Below are positions 1 through 10,185 of a stretch of 55,470 bases of DNA, in pieces (the stretch's first letter is position 1; every line of letters begins with the position of its first letter). The notes beneath the pieces were generated by a model, which was not told where the DNA came from, ran no database searches, and saw nothing but the letters and a program-made list of their open reading frames with translations. Origin of the DNA: an uncultured Dehalococcoidales bacterium (GTDB taxonomy: Bacteria; Chloroflexota; Dehalococcoidia; Dehalococcoidales; UBA2162); NCBI GenBank assembly GCA_964606525.1, contig CAZSHH010000003.1, positions 8,006-63,475 of the forward strand, in the 5' to 3' direction. A program made the position numbers and the translations under genes.

Positions 1-183
1 GAAATCAAGTAAACCACAAGAGTAAGGCCTGACCGTACTTCGACAAAGCTCAGTATGTGTGGGCAGCCCTTACTCAGCTATTATCATTGTTCGCCAGGTT
101 CTCCGATAAAATACGGTTGGTTTTCTGACACCATCAGCAATTTCCGGGAGTGGCCGGTAGAGGCGAGAAATTCAAAATAATGC

Positions 184-1245
184 CTAATCCGTAACGATAT
201 CTCCAAACCCGGTGAGTGTGGATAAAGCATAACCAGCAGCCCAGCGGGGATGCCTGCCGGCGGCCAGCAAGACCAGGCGTCCCAGGAAATCGCTGTAAGT
301 ATAACCAGCATAGTTAGCGGCGGCGATGGTGGTGGTATCGGGGCAGATATCGGCATTAGGGTTAATATCGGTAATATAGAACAAGCCGTCTTTCATGCGG
401 ACATCGATACGGGCGTAGTCACGGCAACCGGCGAGGGTGAAGGCCGCCTGACAAGCCTGCTCAACATCATGTAGTTCGCCGGGGCTGAGGGAGGCAGGGA
501 GAATCGTATTGATCTTTTGATACTGCTCTGAGCCAGGGACAAATTTAGCCTCATAAGTACAGACCCAGTCGAGCTGGTCCCGGAAAGAAGAAAACTCCAT
601 TTCAGCCGGCGGGAGGATATCGATTTTACCATTGCCCCAGAGAGAGACGTGCAGTTCACGTCCGGCAATGAAGTCTTCCACCAGGGCGGGCTGTTGAAAT
701 CTTTTCACGATATAGCGAACCCGGTCCTTCAGGCCGGCGGGGGAAGTGACTACAGCATCACGGTTAATCCCTTCACTACAATGTCCCCGGGAAGGTTTCA
801 CGATAGCCGGAAAGCGAGCCCAACCGGAAGCGGCGGCGCTCGTACAGGTCACCCAGGGGGGGGTCAAGACGCCGGCATCATCAAGGAGTTTTTTGACACC
901 GGGTTTATCCAGGGACAAAGCCAGGGGGAGAGAACCGGCACCGGTAAATGTGAAGCCATTTTTTTCCAGATAATCAGCTACCATCCATTCGCTATGGGGG
1001 AGGCCGGGCAGGCTTTCACACCAGTTAAAAATAATAAATTCCGAGGGATCGTATTTGGATAAAACAGAATCGAGGTCACTGTTGGTTACCTGAATTGAGG
1101 ATACAGGAAATCCGCCAGTACGGAGGGCGTCACCGGCCTGGGAAGTCACATCCAGAACCTCCGCCTGTTCATGTGCCGACCATTTGGGGTCCATATTGTA
1201 CAGCAGCAAGACAGGTATTTCAGAATTAGTAATATCTATTGGCAT
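184..1245 (-). CDS. ATP-grasp ligase, D-alanine--D-alanine ligase-like
   Basis: 353-aa ORF with an ATP-grasp layout (FPAIVKPSRGHCSEGI ... ALVEDFIAGRELHVSLWG ... ARIDVRMKDGLFYITDINPNADI), as in Ddl-family ligases. It is divergent from the HExxH peptidase gene. Confidence 0.7.
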   Translation of the reverse strand: MPIDITNSEIPVLLLYNMDPKWSAHEQAEVLDVTSQAGDALRTGGFPVSSIQVTNSDLDSVLSKYDPSEFIIFNWCESLPGLPHSEWMVADYLEKNGFTFTGAGSLPLALSLDKPGVKKLLDDAGVLTPPWVTCTSAAASGWARFPAIVKPSRGHCSEGINRDAVVTSPAGLKDRVRYIVKRFQQPALVEDFIAGRELHVSLWGNGKIDILPPAEMEFSSFRDQLDWVCTYEAKFVPGSEQYQKINTILPASLSPGELHDVEQACQAAFTLAGCRDYARIDVRMKDGLFYITDINPNADICPDTTTIAAANYAGYTYSDFLGRLVLLAAGRHPRWAAGYALSTLTGFGDIVTD

Positions 1246-1791
1246 TGCAGGATTCCCAGTTCCATTACTCTCCCTCTTAAAGTCAAGCCGGCTATAAAAA
1301 CAAACCGGCCGGACAGATTTTTTCTAATCTACAGGCAACCAAGAGCAGCCTTAACCTAAATTTACCGCCGGGCAGGCAAAAAACAATATAAAATTATTAT
1401 ATCCTCAGTATAACCATTCTTCTTACGTTATTTCAATATTTTTGGACCAAATTATCAGAAATCCATAAAAACAGCAGAACACCAGCCAATCCGGGGTCTA
1501 ACAGGATATGATATAATAAGCCAAATCGATGTTTTCCAGAGAAATTCTAGTCTGAGGCGTCTTCGCAGGAGTTAACCAGTCTTGTCATGAGGCAAGGCTT
1601 TACAGATACACCACTCTGTTATCCCCCGGTAATCTGCCGGACGATGAGGCACGTGGCTTTCAGTATGACCACAACAGGCGCCGCACGCCGGGTTTTACCG
1701 CTGAATTTGACAACTAACCTTCTATGACAATGTATCTGCAAGCCGAACCAGCTCCCGGAAGATATACGATGAGGAGCAATATAGTAATTCT

Positions 1792-2556
1792 ATGAAGTCA
1801 ACTACAGTTTACATATATAACCCTAAACAAACCCTATTATCGCAGAAGATCAACGAAATCCCGCTCCATATACAGGCGACACATTTACAGGAGCTGATCT
1901 TCCAACTCTATAAAGAGCTGCAGGCGGCCGGCATCTTGTTTAAACCAAAGACTTACCTTTCCGACGGTTGGGGCTGTCCCGACCGGGTACCGGTAATCGG
2001 GATTCCCTTTTACCTGGCCGATGCGGCTTTAAGCAAGCTGCAGGCGCAGATGACGGGGGGGAAAAGCGATGATGATGCCGAAATTATGAGACTGCTGCGG
2101 CATGAGGCCGGGCATACCTTCAACTATGCTTACCGCCTGTACGAAAAGCGGAGCTGGCGGAAAGTATTCGGACCTTTCGATCTGCCGTACCTGGAGGATT
2201 ACAGGGATAGGGTTGATCCCTTCAGCAACCGGTTCGTACATCATATCGGCGGGTATTATGCGCAGAAGCATCCCGACGATGATTTTGCGGAGACTTTCGC
2301 AGTATGGTTGACACCTGGTTCAAACTGGCAGGAACTATATGCCGGGATGCCGGCGCTGAAGAAGCTGCAGTATATAGACCAGGCGGCTGCAAAATGTGGA
2401 AAAAAGTCACCCCTGGTGACGGGAGGCCGGCGGGACATGCCGCTGGCCGAGATGGAGATGACTCTCGAAGAATGGTACCGGATGGTATACCAGAAAAATC
2501 ACAAGAAAGCAGCCCGGCCAAAAACAGACCTGTTAAAAAATAGAAAACAGGAATAG
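1792..2556 (+). CDS. putative zinc metallopeptidase (HExxH)
   Basis: 254-aa ORF. LLRHEAGHTF contains HExxH, and there is a downstream acidic block DDDFAETFAVW. The only SD-like GAGGAG lies about 18 nt upstream, so the start is uncertain. Confidence 0.55.
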   Translation: MKSTTVYIYNPKQTLLSQKINEIPLHIQATHLQELIFQLYKELQAAGILFKPKTYLSDGWGCPDRVPVIGIPFYLADAALSKLQAQMTGGKSDDDAEIMRLLRHEAGHTFNYAYRLYEKRSWRKVFGPFDLPYLEDYRDRVDPFSNRFVHHIGGYYAQKHPDDDFAETFAVWLTPGSNWQELYAGMPALKKLQYIDQAAAKCGKKSPLVTGGRRDMPLAEMEMTLEEWYRMVYQKNHKKAARPKTDLLKNRKQE

Positions 2557-2658
2557 TAAGTGAGGGGGCGATCTCCCGCCCTTTAATAGTAATTACCTGC
2601 ATAAGTCACGACCTGACTGACAATCCTTCAACCGTTTAAAAATACTCTGGAGAGAACG

Positions 2659-3354
2659 ATGGAAGGCAGAGAGACGAAAGTTAATTGTGCGAAATGCCCG
2701 CATCCGGTATGCAACAGCTTGGTACCGGACAAGGGGCCGGACAACTGTCCCCGGAAAATAATGCCGGAGGTTATCCGTAAAGCAACCGAAAAATGTTACA
2801 GCCCGGAATTCCGGGAATTTGCGCTTCAGGCTTCCAGGCAGGAAGGTGCCGGATACTTGAGACTACCCCATGCCCCCAATACCCCGTCGCCGGTAAAGAG
2901 CAGGCTGGAAGAAATCATGGAATTTACCGGCCGGATGGGATATATAAAACTGGGGGTAGCCTACTGCGGCGGGGTACAATACGAGGCCAGCCTGCTGGTG
3001 CCTATCCTGGAAAACCGGGGATTCGAGGTCATTTCGGTACAATGCAAGTGCGGTTCTATATCCAAAGAAGAATTAGGCCTAAATGACGGGGAAAAAGTAT
3101 CACCGGGGGATTTCGAAGCAATGTGTCATCCTATTGCCCAAGCTGAGATACTGAATGCGTATCAGACGGACCTGAATATCCTGGTCTGCCTGTGCGTAGG
3201 CCACGATTCCCTGTTCTTAAAAAACAGCAAGGCTCCCTGTACGGTGCTGGCGGCCAAGGATAGACTTTACGGACATGCCCCCTTAAATGCAGTATACCAG
3301 GCAAAATCATATCACCGAAGAATACTGGCAAAGGATAACAAAAGCAACCACTGA
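2659..3354 (+). CDS. Cys-rich metal-binding protein (DUF1847-like, from memory)
   Basis: 231-aa ORF with SD GGAGAG 4-5 nt upstream. Has an N-terminal CAKCPHPVC, later CKCG and LVCLCVGHDSLF cysteine clusters. Confidence 0.45.
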   Translation: MEGRETKVNCAKCPHPVCNSLVPDKGPDNCPRKIMPEVIRKATEKCYSPEFREFALQASRQEGAGYLRLPHAPNTPSPVKSRLEEIMEFTGRMGYIKLGVAYCGGVQYEASLLVPILENRGFEVISVQCKCGSISKEELGLNDGEKVSPGDFEAMCHPIAQAEILNAYQTDLNILVCLCVGHDSLFLKNSKAPCTVLAAKDRLYGHAPLNAVYQAKSYHRRILAKDNKSNH

Positions 3355-3411
3355 CAGAAGTGCAAACACTGCAGCGGATGGTAAGAATACCGGTAGCAGG
3401 GGGAGGAGCAC

Positions 3412-3774
3412 ATGGTTGAGCCTGGAGATAATCAGGAAAAGAAATCCGCTTCCCTGTTACCTGGGAAAGCCGAAGTCCTGCCAAGGACAAAGTTCGGGTG
3501 GGGTGCACTAATAATGGCCGCTGTGGGGATGGGGGCATGGGTCATCCTACCTTTGATCACAACGATCTTCCATGAGAAGTATCCCATAACCGACACCTGG
3601 GTAATGCCAGCAATCGGAACTGTAATCATCGATATCGCCGCGGTATTAAACCTGATATGTATCTGGCCACGACGGGAGCGTTCGATTCTTAATGTCGTTG
3701 CTGCCGTGTTGGTAATTGCCAACGCTGTATTTATTACTTTCATCGTTGTCGGAGAAATCCTCGGCGGAGCATAA
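3412..3774 (+). CDS. small integral membrane protein
   Basis: 120-aa ORF preceded by GGGGGAGGAG. Has a polar N-terminus followed by about three hydrophobic helices (GALIMAAVGMGAWVILPLI, AIGTVIIDIAAVLNLICIW, VVAAVLVIANAVFITFIVV). Confidence 0.45.
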   Translation: MVEPGDNQEKKSASLLPGKAEVLPRTKFGWGALIMAAVGMGAWVILPLITTIFHEKYPITDTWVMPAIGTVIIDIAAVLNLICIWPRRERSILNVVAAVLVIANAVFITFIVVGEILGGA

Positions 3775-3885
3775 TGCATATCCAAGGGAAAATCCCGAGG
3801 TAGGAAAACGATCATGCCCCTGACCAACACGGGTATGTACTATTATTGACCAAGATTTGATACCGTCTGCAGCGTCTAAAAAACA

Positions 3886-3908
3886 GAAGCCCGGATATTC
3901 CGGGCTTC
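3886..3908. terminator. GC-rich hairpin, possible terminator
   Basis: 9-bp stem GAAGCCCGG/CCGGGCTTC with loop ATATT. There is an A-run on the 5' side and only a weak T-run on the 3' side, so strand and function are uncertain. Confidence 0.3.
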
Positions 3909-4223
3909 TTGAAAAGGAGGAACAACAACACAATTTCTGCGACAGACAACCAAGGTTAAATTATTAACGCACCGTAGCATCCATATCAGTGTATATATGT
4001 TAATAATTACTTACATCATAAACAACCTTGAAGCAATAGTCAATATCATGAATCAGATAACAAGAGTAACCTGGATATCCGGGACGGAATTTTTTTGAAG
4101 TAAAGAGGCCCTAATAGTAAAATCAATAAAGTATTCCAGGCATATCAAGAAAAACGTAATAGTTAAAGCAAAACTATTGATATCAGTACACTTTTCAAGA
4201 TTGCCGATAACAAGGAAAATACA

Positions 4224-4910
4224 GTGACAACAGTACAGAAGCATAAAAATACCCGGGTAAGGCAGAAGCAAATCATCGACGCTGCCAGGAAATTGATCAT
4301 CCGGCGCGGCAGTGAACATATCAGGATCAAAGAGATCGCCGAAGCGGTGGGCTTAACCGAGGGCGCCATCTACCGTCATTTTAAAAGCAAAAAGGATATC
4401 CTGTCACTATTGATAGAAGCAATCGAAGATGACCTGGTGGGAGACATGAAAGCAGCAGCGATCAACGGTGGACCGGTTATCGATGTATTAGAAGGGGTAC
4501 TTAAAAGCCACCTTTCTGCGATCGAGCAAAGGAGGGGGATCTCCTTCCTGGTGATCGCAGAAATCATCAGCCTGGGGGATAAGAAATTGAACCAGAAGAT
4601 CTCCGGGGTGATCGCCGAATATACTGCCAATTTGAAGGAACTCCTGGCTAAAGGAAGAGAAGGCGGAGAATTTCCGGCGGATCTCGACCTGGAAGCGGCG
4701 GCGAGCCTTTTCTTCGGCATGGTACAGGGTTTGGTTAATACCTGGGCACTAAACGGGTATGACTTTAGACTTGAAGAGAAATATGAACCGCTGTGGCAGA
4801 TATACCGCCGGGCAATCTTAAATCCCGGATCGGTAAATCAAGCAAAGAGCCGGAGACGATTAGTAATAAGTAGAGTCCCGCCTGATAAAAACCGAGCGGC
4901 GACCAGGTAA
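4224..4910 (+). CDS. TetR/AcrR family transcriptional regulator
   Basis: 228-aa ORF with a GTG start. Has the N-terminal HTH typical of TetR (IIDAARKLIIRRGSEHIRIKEIAEAVGLTEGAIYRHFKSKKDIL). Confidence 0.85.
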   Translation: MTTVQKHKNTRVRQKQIIDAARKLIIRRGSEHIRIKEIAEAVGLTEGAIYRHFKSKKDILSLLIEAIEDDLVGDMKAAAINGGPVIDVLEGVLKSHLSAIEQRRGISFLVIAEIISLGDKKLNQKISGVIAEYTANLKELLAKGREGGEFPADLDLEAAASLFFGMVQGLVNTWALNGYDFRLEEKYEPLWQIYRRAILNPGSVNQAKSRRRLVISRVPPDKNRAATR

Positions 4911-4981
4911 AGATAATTACCACTACAGGTTAGTTGAAGGAGAGATGATCCGACTCATCCTGGTATAGGGAGACAGCCAGG

Positions 4982-5455
4982 CTACTTAAAAAGCCGCAGA
5001 TAGACCACAGCGTCGGTATCCCGGTCATAGTATGCAGTCCGGATGCAGTCTTCCCGATAACCGAGCCCAACATAAAACTCACGGCCCAACGTATTATTTA
5101 CAGGGGTATCGACATGGAGTCCTCTGGCTCGCTTCCGCTTCATATATTGTTCGATGCCTGCGACCAAGCGGGTGGCGATACCTTTTCTCTGCCAGTTACG
5201 ATCTACGATCAAGCCCTGGATCTGCCCCAGCCGGTTCCACTCAAAAAACTCAGCCGAGATGTAACCCAGCAGGGCGTCCCCAGCGACAGCAACCAGTACC
5301 ACACCATTTTTATCAAGCAAGATCCGGTGGATTGCCGACAACTGGCCCCGCAGCTGCCGGGTATTCCAACCGGCAGCTTTGATCAGCCGGCGGATACCGG
5401 CATCATCAGCAGCATACCGCCGGATGGTAATCGCTTCCATGTCAATTCGTGCCAC
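4982..5455 (-). CDS. GNAT family N-acetyltransferase
   Basis: 157-aa ORF with the acetyl-CoA binding block LIVDRNWQRKGIATRLV (Q/RxxGxA-type). The start may be the internal ATG (MEAITIRRY). Confidence 0.8.
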   Translation of the reverse strand: MARIDMEAITIRRYAADDAGIRRLIKAAGWNTRQLRGQLSAIHRILLDKNGVVLVAVAGDALLGYISAEFFEWNRLGQIQGLIVDRNWQRKGIATRLVAGIEQYMKRKRARGLHVDTPVNNTLGREFYVGLGYREDCIRTAYYDRDTDAVVYLRLFK

Positions 5456-5532
5456 TTTCTTATTTTATCAAAAGACAAGAACCAACAAGATTTCTGCGAT
5501 ACACATTATAAAAAATATGGTATAAAAAATAT

Positions 5533-5754
5533 ATGAGCCAAAACATACCACCAACCATTAAGGTAACATGCGAAGCTTTTGTCCGAAATCCTGATGGGAC
5601 ATGGACGGCCGTCAAGATCAGTGATGTCCAGACTTCCGACCGGTCGATCCGGATCAACACCGGAATTACTTTTATTAAAGGCCGGCCGATCTGGGGCATT
5701 GATGTCGCCAACCTGTTGGAAGAACAATGCCAGAAGCCAGGCCGCGCCGGGTAA
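5533..5754 (+). CDS. hypothetical small protein
   Basis: 73-aa ORF with protein-like composition. It has no clear SD and no recognisable motif. Confidence 0.3.
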   Translation: MSQNIPPTIKVTCEAFVRNPDGTWTAVKISDVQTSDRSIRINTGITFIKGRPIWGIDVANLLEEQCQKPGRAG

Positions 5755-5783
5755 ATACCACTCACGGAAAAAACCAGCAGCGG

Positions 5784-6404
5784 CTATAAGGTGATCTCCA
5801 GGCCAGGGTCTTTCTCCCGTAAGCGGCGGCAGGCGGCGGCGGTAATATCGCGGCCGTATTCGCAGGTTAAGCGGACGGACATGATAGTATCATCACCGGT
5901 AAAAATAATAGGGTAGACCTGGCAAACTACGGGCCGGGGGCGATAAGCCTGACAGGCACTGTGTTCCTGGCTGTAGAAGGGACACGGGAGGGGCAGCCAG
6001 CGGGTGAAACCCAAATCCTTAATCTGAAAAGCCAGGGAAGTCATACTCCCAGGATTTGTTTTTCTTTTAATGTCCTCATAATTCCATTGCAGCGCTACGG
6101 CCATGGCCTTAATCTCATCTTCGAAGGCTTCGATGCCCGGACTGCCCGGATTTGAGGGATTGGGGCGGCAGCATTTACCGCAGCGGCGGCAGGTCGACAG
6201 GGCCAGCAGTTGTTTAACATTTTCTTCGGTGCAGGGTATGGGGAGGTTGAGGGATATTTCATCTTCACCCAGGGCGATAAGGAGGCGGTCCAATTCCTCC
6301 GGAGCCAGGGACAGGATATTCCTGCCTTCCAACTCCTCCAACCCGTACTTGTAGAGATTCAGCTTGTATATTTCTTCGCCGTATTTTTTATCATTATTTT
6401 CCAT
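5784..6404 (-). CDS. YkgJ-type cysteine-cluster (Zn/Fe-chelating) protein
   Basis: 206-aa ORF with CRRCGKCCRP (CxxCxxCC) plus distal Cys residues (PCPFY, ACQAY, VCQVYP), typical of the UPF0153/YkgJ family. Confidence 0.65.
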   Translation of the reverse strand: MENNDKKYGEEIYKLNLYKYGLEELEGRNILSLAPEELDRLLIALGEDEISLNLPIPCTEENVKQLLALSTCRRCGKCCRPNPSNPGSPGIEAFEDEIKAMAVALQWNYEDIKRKTNPGSMTSLAFQIKDLGFTRWLPLPCPFYSQEHSACQAYRPRPVVCQVYPIIFTGDDTIMSVRLTCEYGRDITAAACRRLREKDPGLEITL

Positions 6405-6562
6405 ACCGCCATTCTACCATTTCCAGCTTCCTGATAGTTAGCAGCGCAGACAGCAGCGCAGACTGCGGCGCCGGTTGACACTACCGCCGGTTTTGCCTAC
6501 ACTGAGAACACGCCCCGGACTGCTAACTCCAATTCAAATATCAGTTAAAGGCGGTTTCAGCC

Positions 6563-7993
6563 ATGACAAATGATACAAATAGAGATACCCGCGTAAAAAT
6601 CACTGACACCACCCTGCGTGACGGTCATCAGTCATTAATCGCCACCCGGATGCGGACCTCCGACATGGTGAAAATAGCATCAGAGATGGACCAGGCAGGC
6701 TTTTATTCAGCGGAAGTGTGGGGCGGTGCCACTTTCGATGTTTCCATCCGCTACCTCAATGAAGACCCCTGGCAGCGCTTGAGCATGTTAAAAAAGTTAA
6801 TGCCGCATACTCCCCTGCAAATGTTGGTGCGGGGACAAAGCCTGGTGGGCTACCGGCAGTACCCCGATGACGTGGTGGAAGCATTCATCGAACATACAGC
6901 AGAAAAGGGTATCGATATCTTCCGTGTATTTGACGCCTTGAACGATGAACGCAACATGGAAACCTGCTTTAAAGCGATCAAAAAAGCCGGCAAGCACGCC
7001 CAATTGACCATCTGTTATTCGCTGACACAGCGAAAAATGGGGGGCTCAATATACAACCTCGATTATTTCCTGGATAAAGCCCGCACCCTCCAGGTCATGG
7101 GTGCCGACAGCATCTGCATCAAGGACATGGCAGGTTTACTGGCCCCCGATGATGCCTTCAGACTGATCGATGCTTTGAAAAAAGAACTCCGGGTCCCGGT
7201 ACAGCTTCATGCCCACTATACGGCAGGCCTGGCCTCGATGAGCTACCTGAAAGCGGTGGAGGCCGGGGTAGACGCCATCGATACTGCCCTGGCACCCTTT
7301 GCCCTGCGTTCCGGACAACCGGCGGTGGAACCGTTGGTCGTCGCCCTGGAAGGGACGCCGCGGGATACCGGATTAGACTTGATCCGGCTGCTCAAGCTGG
7401 ACGAATATTTTGAAACGGTAGCCGGGAGCCACCGTACCCAGTTGAACCAGACCAAAATATCGATGATAGACACGACGGTACTGGAACACCAGGTACCCGG
7501 GGGTATGATATCCAACCTGGTAGCCCAATTGAAGCAAATCGGGGCGCTCGACCGGCTGCCTGAAGTCTACGAAGAGATACCCCGGGTCCGCCGGGAACTC
7601 GGTTACCCGCCGCTAGTAACACCGACCAGCCAGATCGTGGGGGTACAGGCCGTCCAGAACGTCATCACCGGCCGTTACAAACTCATCCCCACCCAGGTCA
7701 TGGACTACTGCTACGGTCTATACGGACGGCCGCCGGCACCGATCGATCCGGAAGTCCTGAAAGTGGTGCTCAAACACTACAAAAAAGGAAAAACACCGGT
7801 TACCGGCCGACCGGCGGATTTCCTGGCACCGGAGATGGCAGTCGCCCGCGATTCGGTGAAGGCATATTCCAATGATATCGGCGATGTTCTCACGGCGGCG
7901 TTATACCGGATCGACGGGACGCGCTTCGTGCGGGCGAAATATTCAGCCGGCGGGCTGCCCAATCCGGAAATAGAACCTATTCTGGACCAATAA
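6563..7993 (+). CDS. carboxyltransferase of the oxaloacetate decarboxylase-alpha / pyruvate carboxylase-B / transcarboxylase-5S type, no biotinyl domain
   Basis: 476-aa ORF with SD AAAGGCGG. Carries carboxyltransferase TIM-barrel signatures ITDTTLRDGHQSL, ICIKDMAGLL and LHAHYTAGLA. The C-terminus ends without an AMKM biotin-attachment domain. Confidence 0.85.
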   Translation: MTNDTNRDTRVKITDTTLRDGHQSLIATRMRTSDMVKIASEMDQAGFYSAEVWGGATFDVSIRYLNEDPWQRLSMLKKLMPHTPLQMLVRGQSLVGYRQYPDDVVEAFIEHTAEKGIDIFRVFDALNDERNMETCFKAIKKAGKHAQLTICYSLTQRKMGGSIYNLDYFLDKARTLQVMGADSICIKDMAGLLAPDDAFRLIDALKKELRVPVQLHAHYTAGLASMSYLKAVEAGVDAIDTALAPFALRSGQPAVEPLVVALEGTPRDTGLDLIRLLKLDEYFETVAGSHRTQLNQTKISMIDTTVLEHQVPGGMISNLVAQLKQIGALDRLPEVYEEIPRVRRELGYPPLVTPTSQIVGVQAVQNVITGRYKLIPTQVMDYCYGLYGRPPAPIDPEVLKVVLKHYKKGKTPVTGRPADFLAPEMAVARDSVKAYSNDIGDVLTAALYRIDGTRFVRAKYSAGGLPNPEIEPILDQ

Positions 7994-8004
7994 AAGCAAA
8001 TGGT

Positions 8005-8904
8005 TTAAGAGTTACCGTTGAATAATTTCGTAGACAGGTATTTCTCCCCGCGGTCCGGGAAGATAACGACGATCGTCCCGGAATCAATGCGGCGGGCGGT
8101 TTCCATGGCCGCATACATGGCCGCGCCGGAACTCATACCGACGAAGATGCCTTCCTGTTTGACGATCTGGCGGGCGGTCTGATAAGCAATTTCAGTCTCC
8201 ACCATGATGGTGATATCGATCTGGGAGGGATCATATATAGCAGGGACAATTGCTTCTTCCATGTTTTTCAAGCCCTGGATGTAGTGGCCCTTCACCGGGT
8301 GGGCACACACGATCTTGATGTTGGGATTATGTTCTTTTAAAGCCATACCAACACCCATGATCGTCCCCGAGGTACCGATCGAGGAGACGAAATAACCGAT
8401 CTTACCCCGGGTTTCCTTCCAGATTTCTTCGCCGGTAGTCTTATAGTGCGCCATCTTGTTGTACTCATTAGAGAACTGGTCGGGCATAAAATATTTGTCG
8501 GGGTTTTCCCGGACCAATTCGCGGGCCCGCCGGATAGCGCCATCAGTACCCAGTGTCCCTTCCGTCAGGGTCACTTTGGCGCCAAAAGCGCGGATCATCT
8601 GCATCCGCTCGATAGACACGGCATCACTCATGACGATCTCAACATCGTATCCCTTGGCAACGCCGATCATAGCCAACGCCACCCCGGTATTACCGGAGGT
8701 AGGTTCGATAATGGTCTGCCCTTTATGCAGCGTCCCCTGCATTTCCGCCTGTTCGATCATGCTGAGGGCAATGCGGTCCTTGATACTACCCGTGGGATTG
8801 AAGCCTTCCACCTTGGCCAATATTTTGGTATTCCGGTTAGGGTTAAGCCGGTTGATACGGACGAGCGGCGTATCGCCGATAGTGCTCAAAATATCATCAT
8901 GCAT
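8005..8904 (-). CDS. cysK: cysteine synthase (O-acetylserine sulfhydrylase family, PLP-dependent)
   Basis: 299-aa ORF with the PLP-lysine motif NPTGSIKDRIALSMI, the substrate loop EPTSGNTGVALA and a Gly-rich loop SSIGTSGTIMGVG. Confidence 0.85.
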   Translation of the reverse strand: MHDDILSTIGDTPLVRINRLNPNRNTKILAKVEGFNPTGSIKDRIALSMIEQAEMQGTLHKGQTIIEPTSGNTGVALAMIGVAKGYDVEIVMSDAVSIERMQMIRAFGAKVTLTEGTLGTDGAIRRARELVRENPDKYFMPDQFSNEYNKMAHYKTTGEEIWKETRGKIGYFVSSIGTSGTIMGVGMALKEHNPNIKIVCAHPVKGHYIQGLKNMEEAIVPAIYDPSQIDITIMVETEIAYQTARQIVKQEGIFVGMSSGAAMYAAMETARRIDSGTIVVIFPDRGEKYLSTKLFNGNS

Positions 8905-8931
8905 CTTTTTCCAACTCCCTGTAAGGGTAAT

Positions 8932-9954
8932 TTAAACGCCCTTAAGATAACCAGGAGGTAGAGGGTATTTACGGGGCCGGGGTTCGGTATACGTCCGGTA
9001 CCCGGTAATACGGTCGATCTCTTTCATCTCAGCGACGGATAGTTTCCATTCAGCGGCGACCACGTTAGCGGTGACCTGGGCGGGGCGAGTTACACCGGCA
9101 ATGACGGTACTGACCCAGGGATGAGACGTCAGCCAGGCAACGGCCAACTCAGCCACGGTACGGCCGTGTGCTGCCGCAAAATCATGTAAATTATCCAGCA
9201 TACTAAAATTTTCTTCCGTGAGAAGCCAGGCATAAAAGTCAGGGTTGCTGCCAAAGCGGGTACCGGCGGGGAGGGGGGTTCCGCGGCGGTATTTACCGGT
9301 GAGAAAACCCCCGGCCAGGGGATACCAGGGGATGACGCCGATACCGTAATTCTGGCAGCAGGGGACCAGTTCTTCCTCACAGTGCCGGTCAAGGAGATTG
9401 TATCGTGGTTGGACGGTAACGAAAGAGCTCAAGCCGGCAGATTTAGATATCCAGAGTGCTTCACACAATTCCCAGGCCGGGAGGTTAGAACCACCGATAA
9501 AACGGACCTTACCGGTTTTGACAAGGTCATCCATTGCCCGCAGCGTCTCCTCGATGGGAGTGGCGGGGTCGGGCTGGTGGAACTGGTATAGGTCGATATA
9601 GTCGGTATTCAGACGCTTCAAGCTGGCCTCAACAGCTTTCATGATATATGACCGGGAGCCCAGGCCGTCTTTATTAGCGAACTGCTGCGAACCCTCGCCG
9701 ACAGCAACGCCGAACTTGGAAGCGATAATAACACGGTCCCGCTTCCCTTTGACAGCTTTACCGATATATTCCTCCGACCGCCCCCCACCACGCCCGTACA
9801 CATCAGCAGTATCGATGTAGTTAATACCAAGATCGAGGGCATGAGCGATGACCGCCAGGGTATCTTGCTCATCAATATCACGGCCGAAGGTATCTCCACC
9901 CAGGCTGACGGCAGAGACCTTAAGACCAGAACTGCCAAGATCACGGTACTCCAT
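8932..9954 (-). CDS. aldo/keto reductase
   Basis: AKR motifs MEYRDLGSSGLKVS, LGINYIDTADVYG, IIASKFG and RFIGGSN. SD AAGGAG abuts the first ATG (9960), so the second ATG at 9954, with a 6-nt spacer, is preferred. Confidence 0.85.
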   Translation of the reverse strand: MEYRDLGSSGLKVSAVSLGGDTFGRDIDEQDTLAVIAHALDLGINYIDTADVYGRGGGRSEEYIGKAVKGKRDRVIIASKFGVAVGEGSQQFANKDGLGSRSYIMKAVEASLKRLNTDYIDLYQFHQPDPATPIEETLRAMDDLVKTGKVRFIGGSNLPAWELCEALWISKSAGLSSFVTVQPRYNLLDRHCEEELVPCCQNYGIGVIPWYPLAGGFLTGKYRRGTPLPAGTRFGSNPDFYAWLLTEENFSMLDNLHDFAAAHGRTVAELAVAWLTSHPWVSTVIAGVTRPAQVTANVVAAEWKLSVAEMKEIDRITGYRTYTEPRPRKYPLPPGYLKGV

Positions 9955-10185
9955 AACCATCTCCTTATGAAAAGAAAATAATCAAATATCCCAGGAGTAA
10001 AGGCATATCCAGACAATTGCTATCTTCGGGCATATGAGTATTATTATCATATTAGTATATATCAAATATGCCAGAGAGAAAAATCGACAGGATTGTTCAT
10101 TTATCAGCAACATGATGTTATGTAAAAAAAACATTGACAATGAACCGGGTTTTTTTGCATACTATAAGATTGAAGGAGTGTTATC

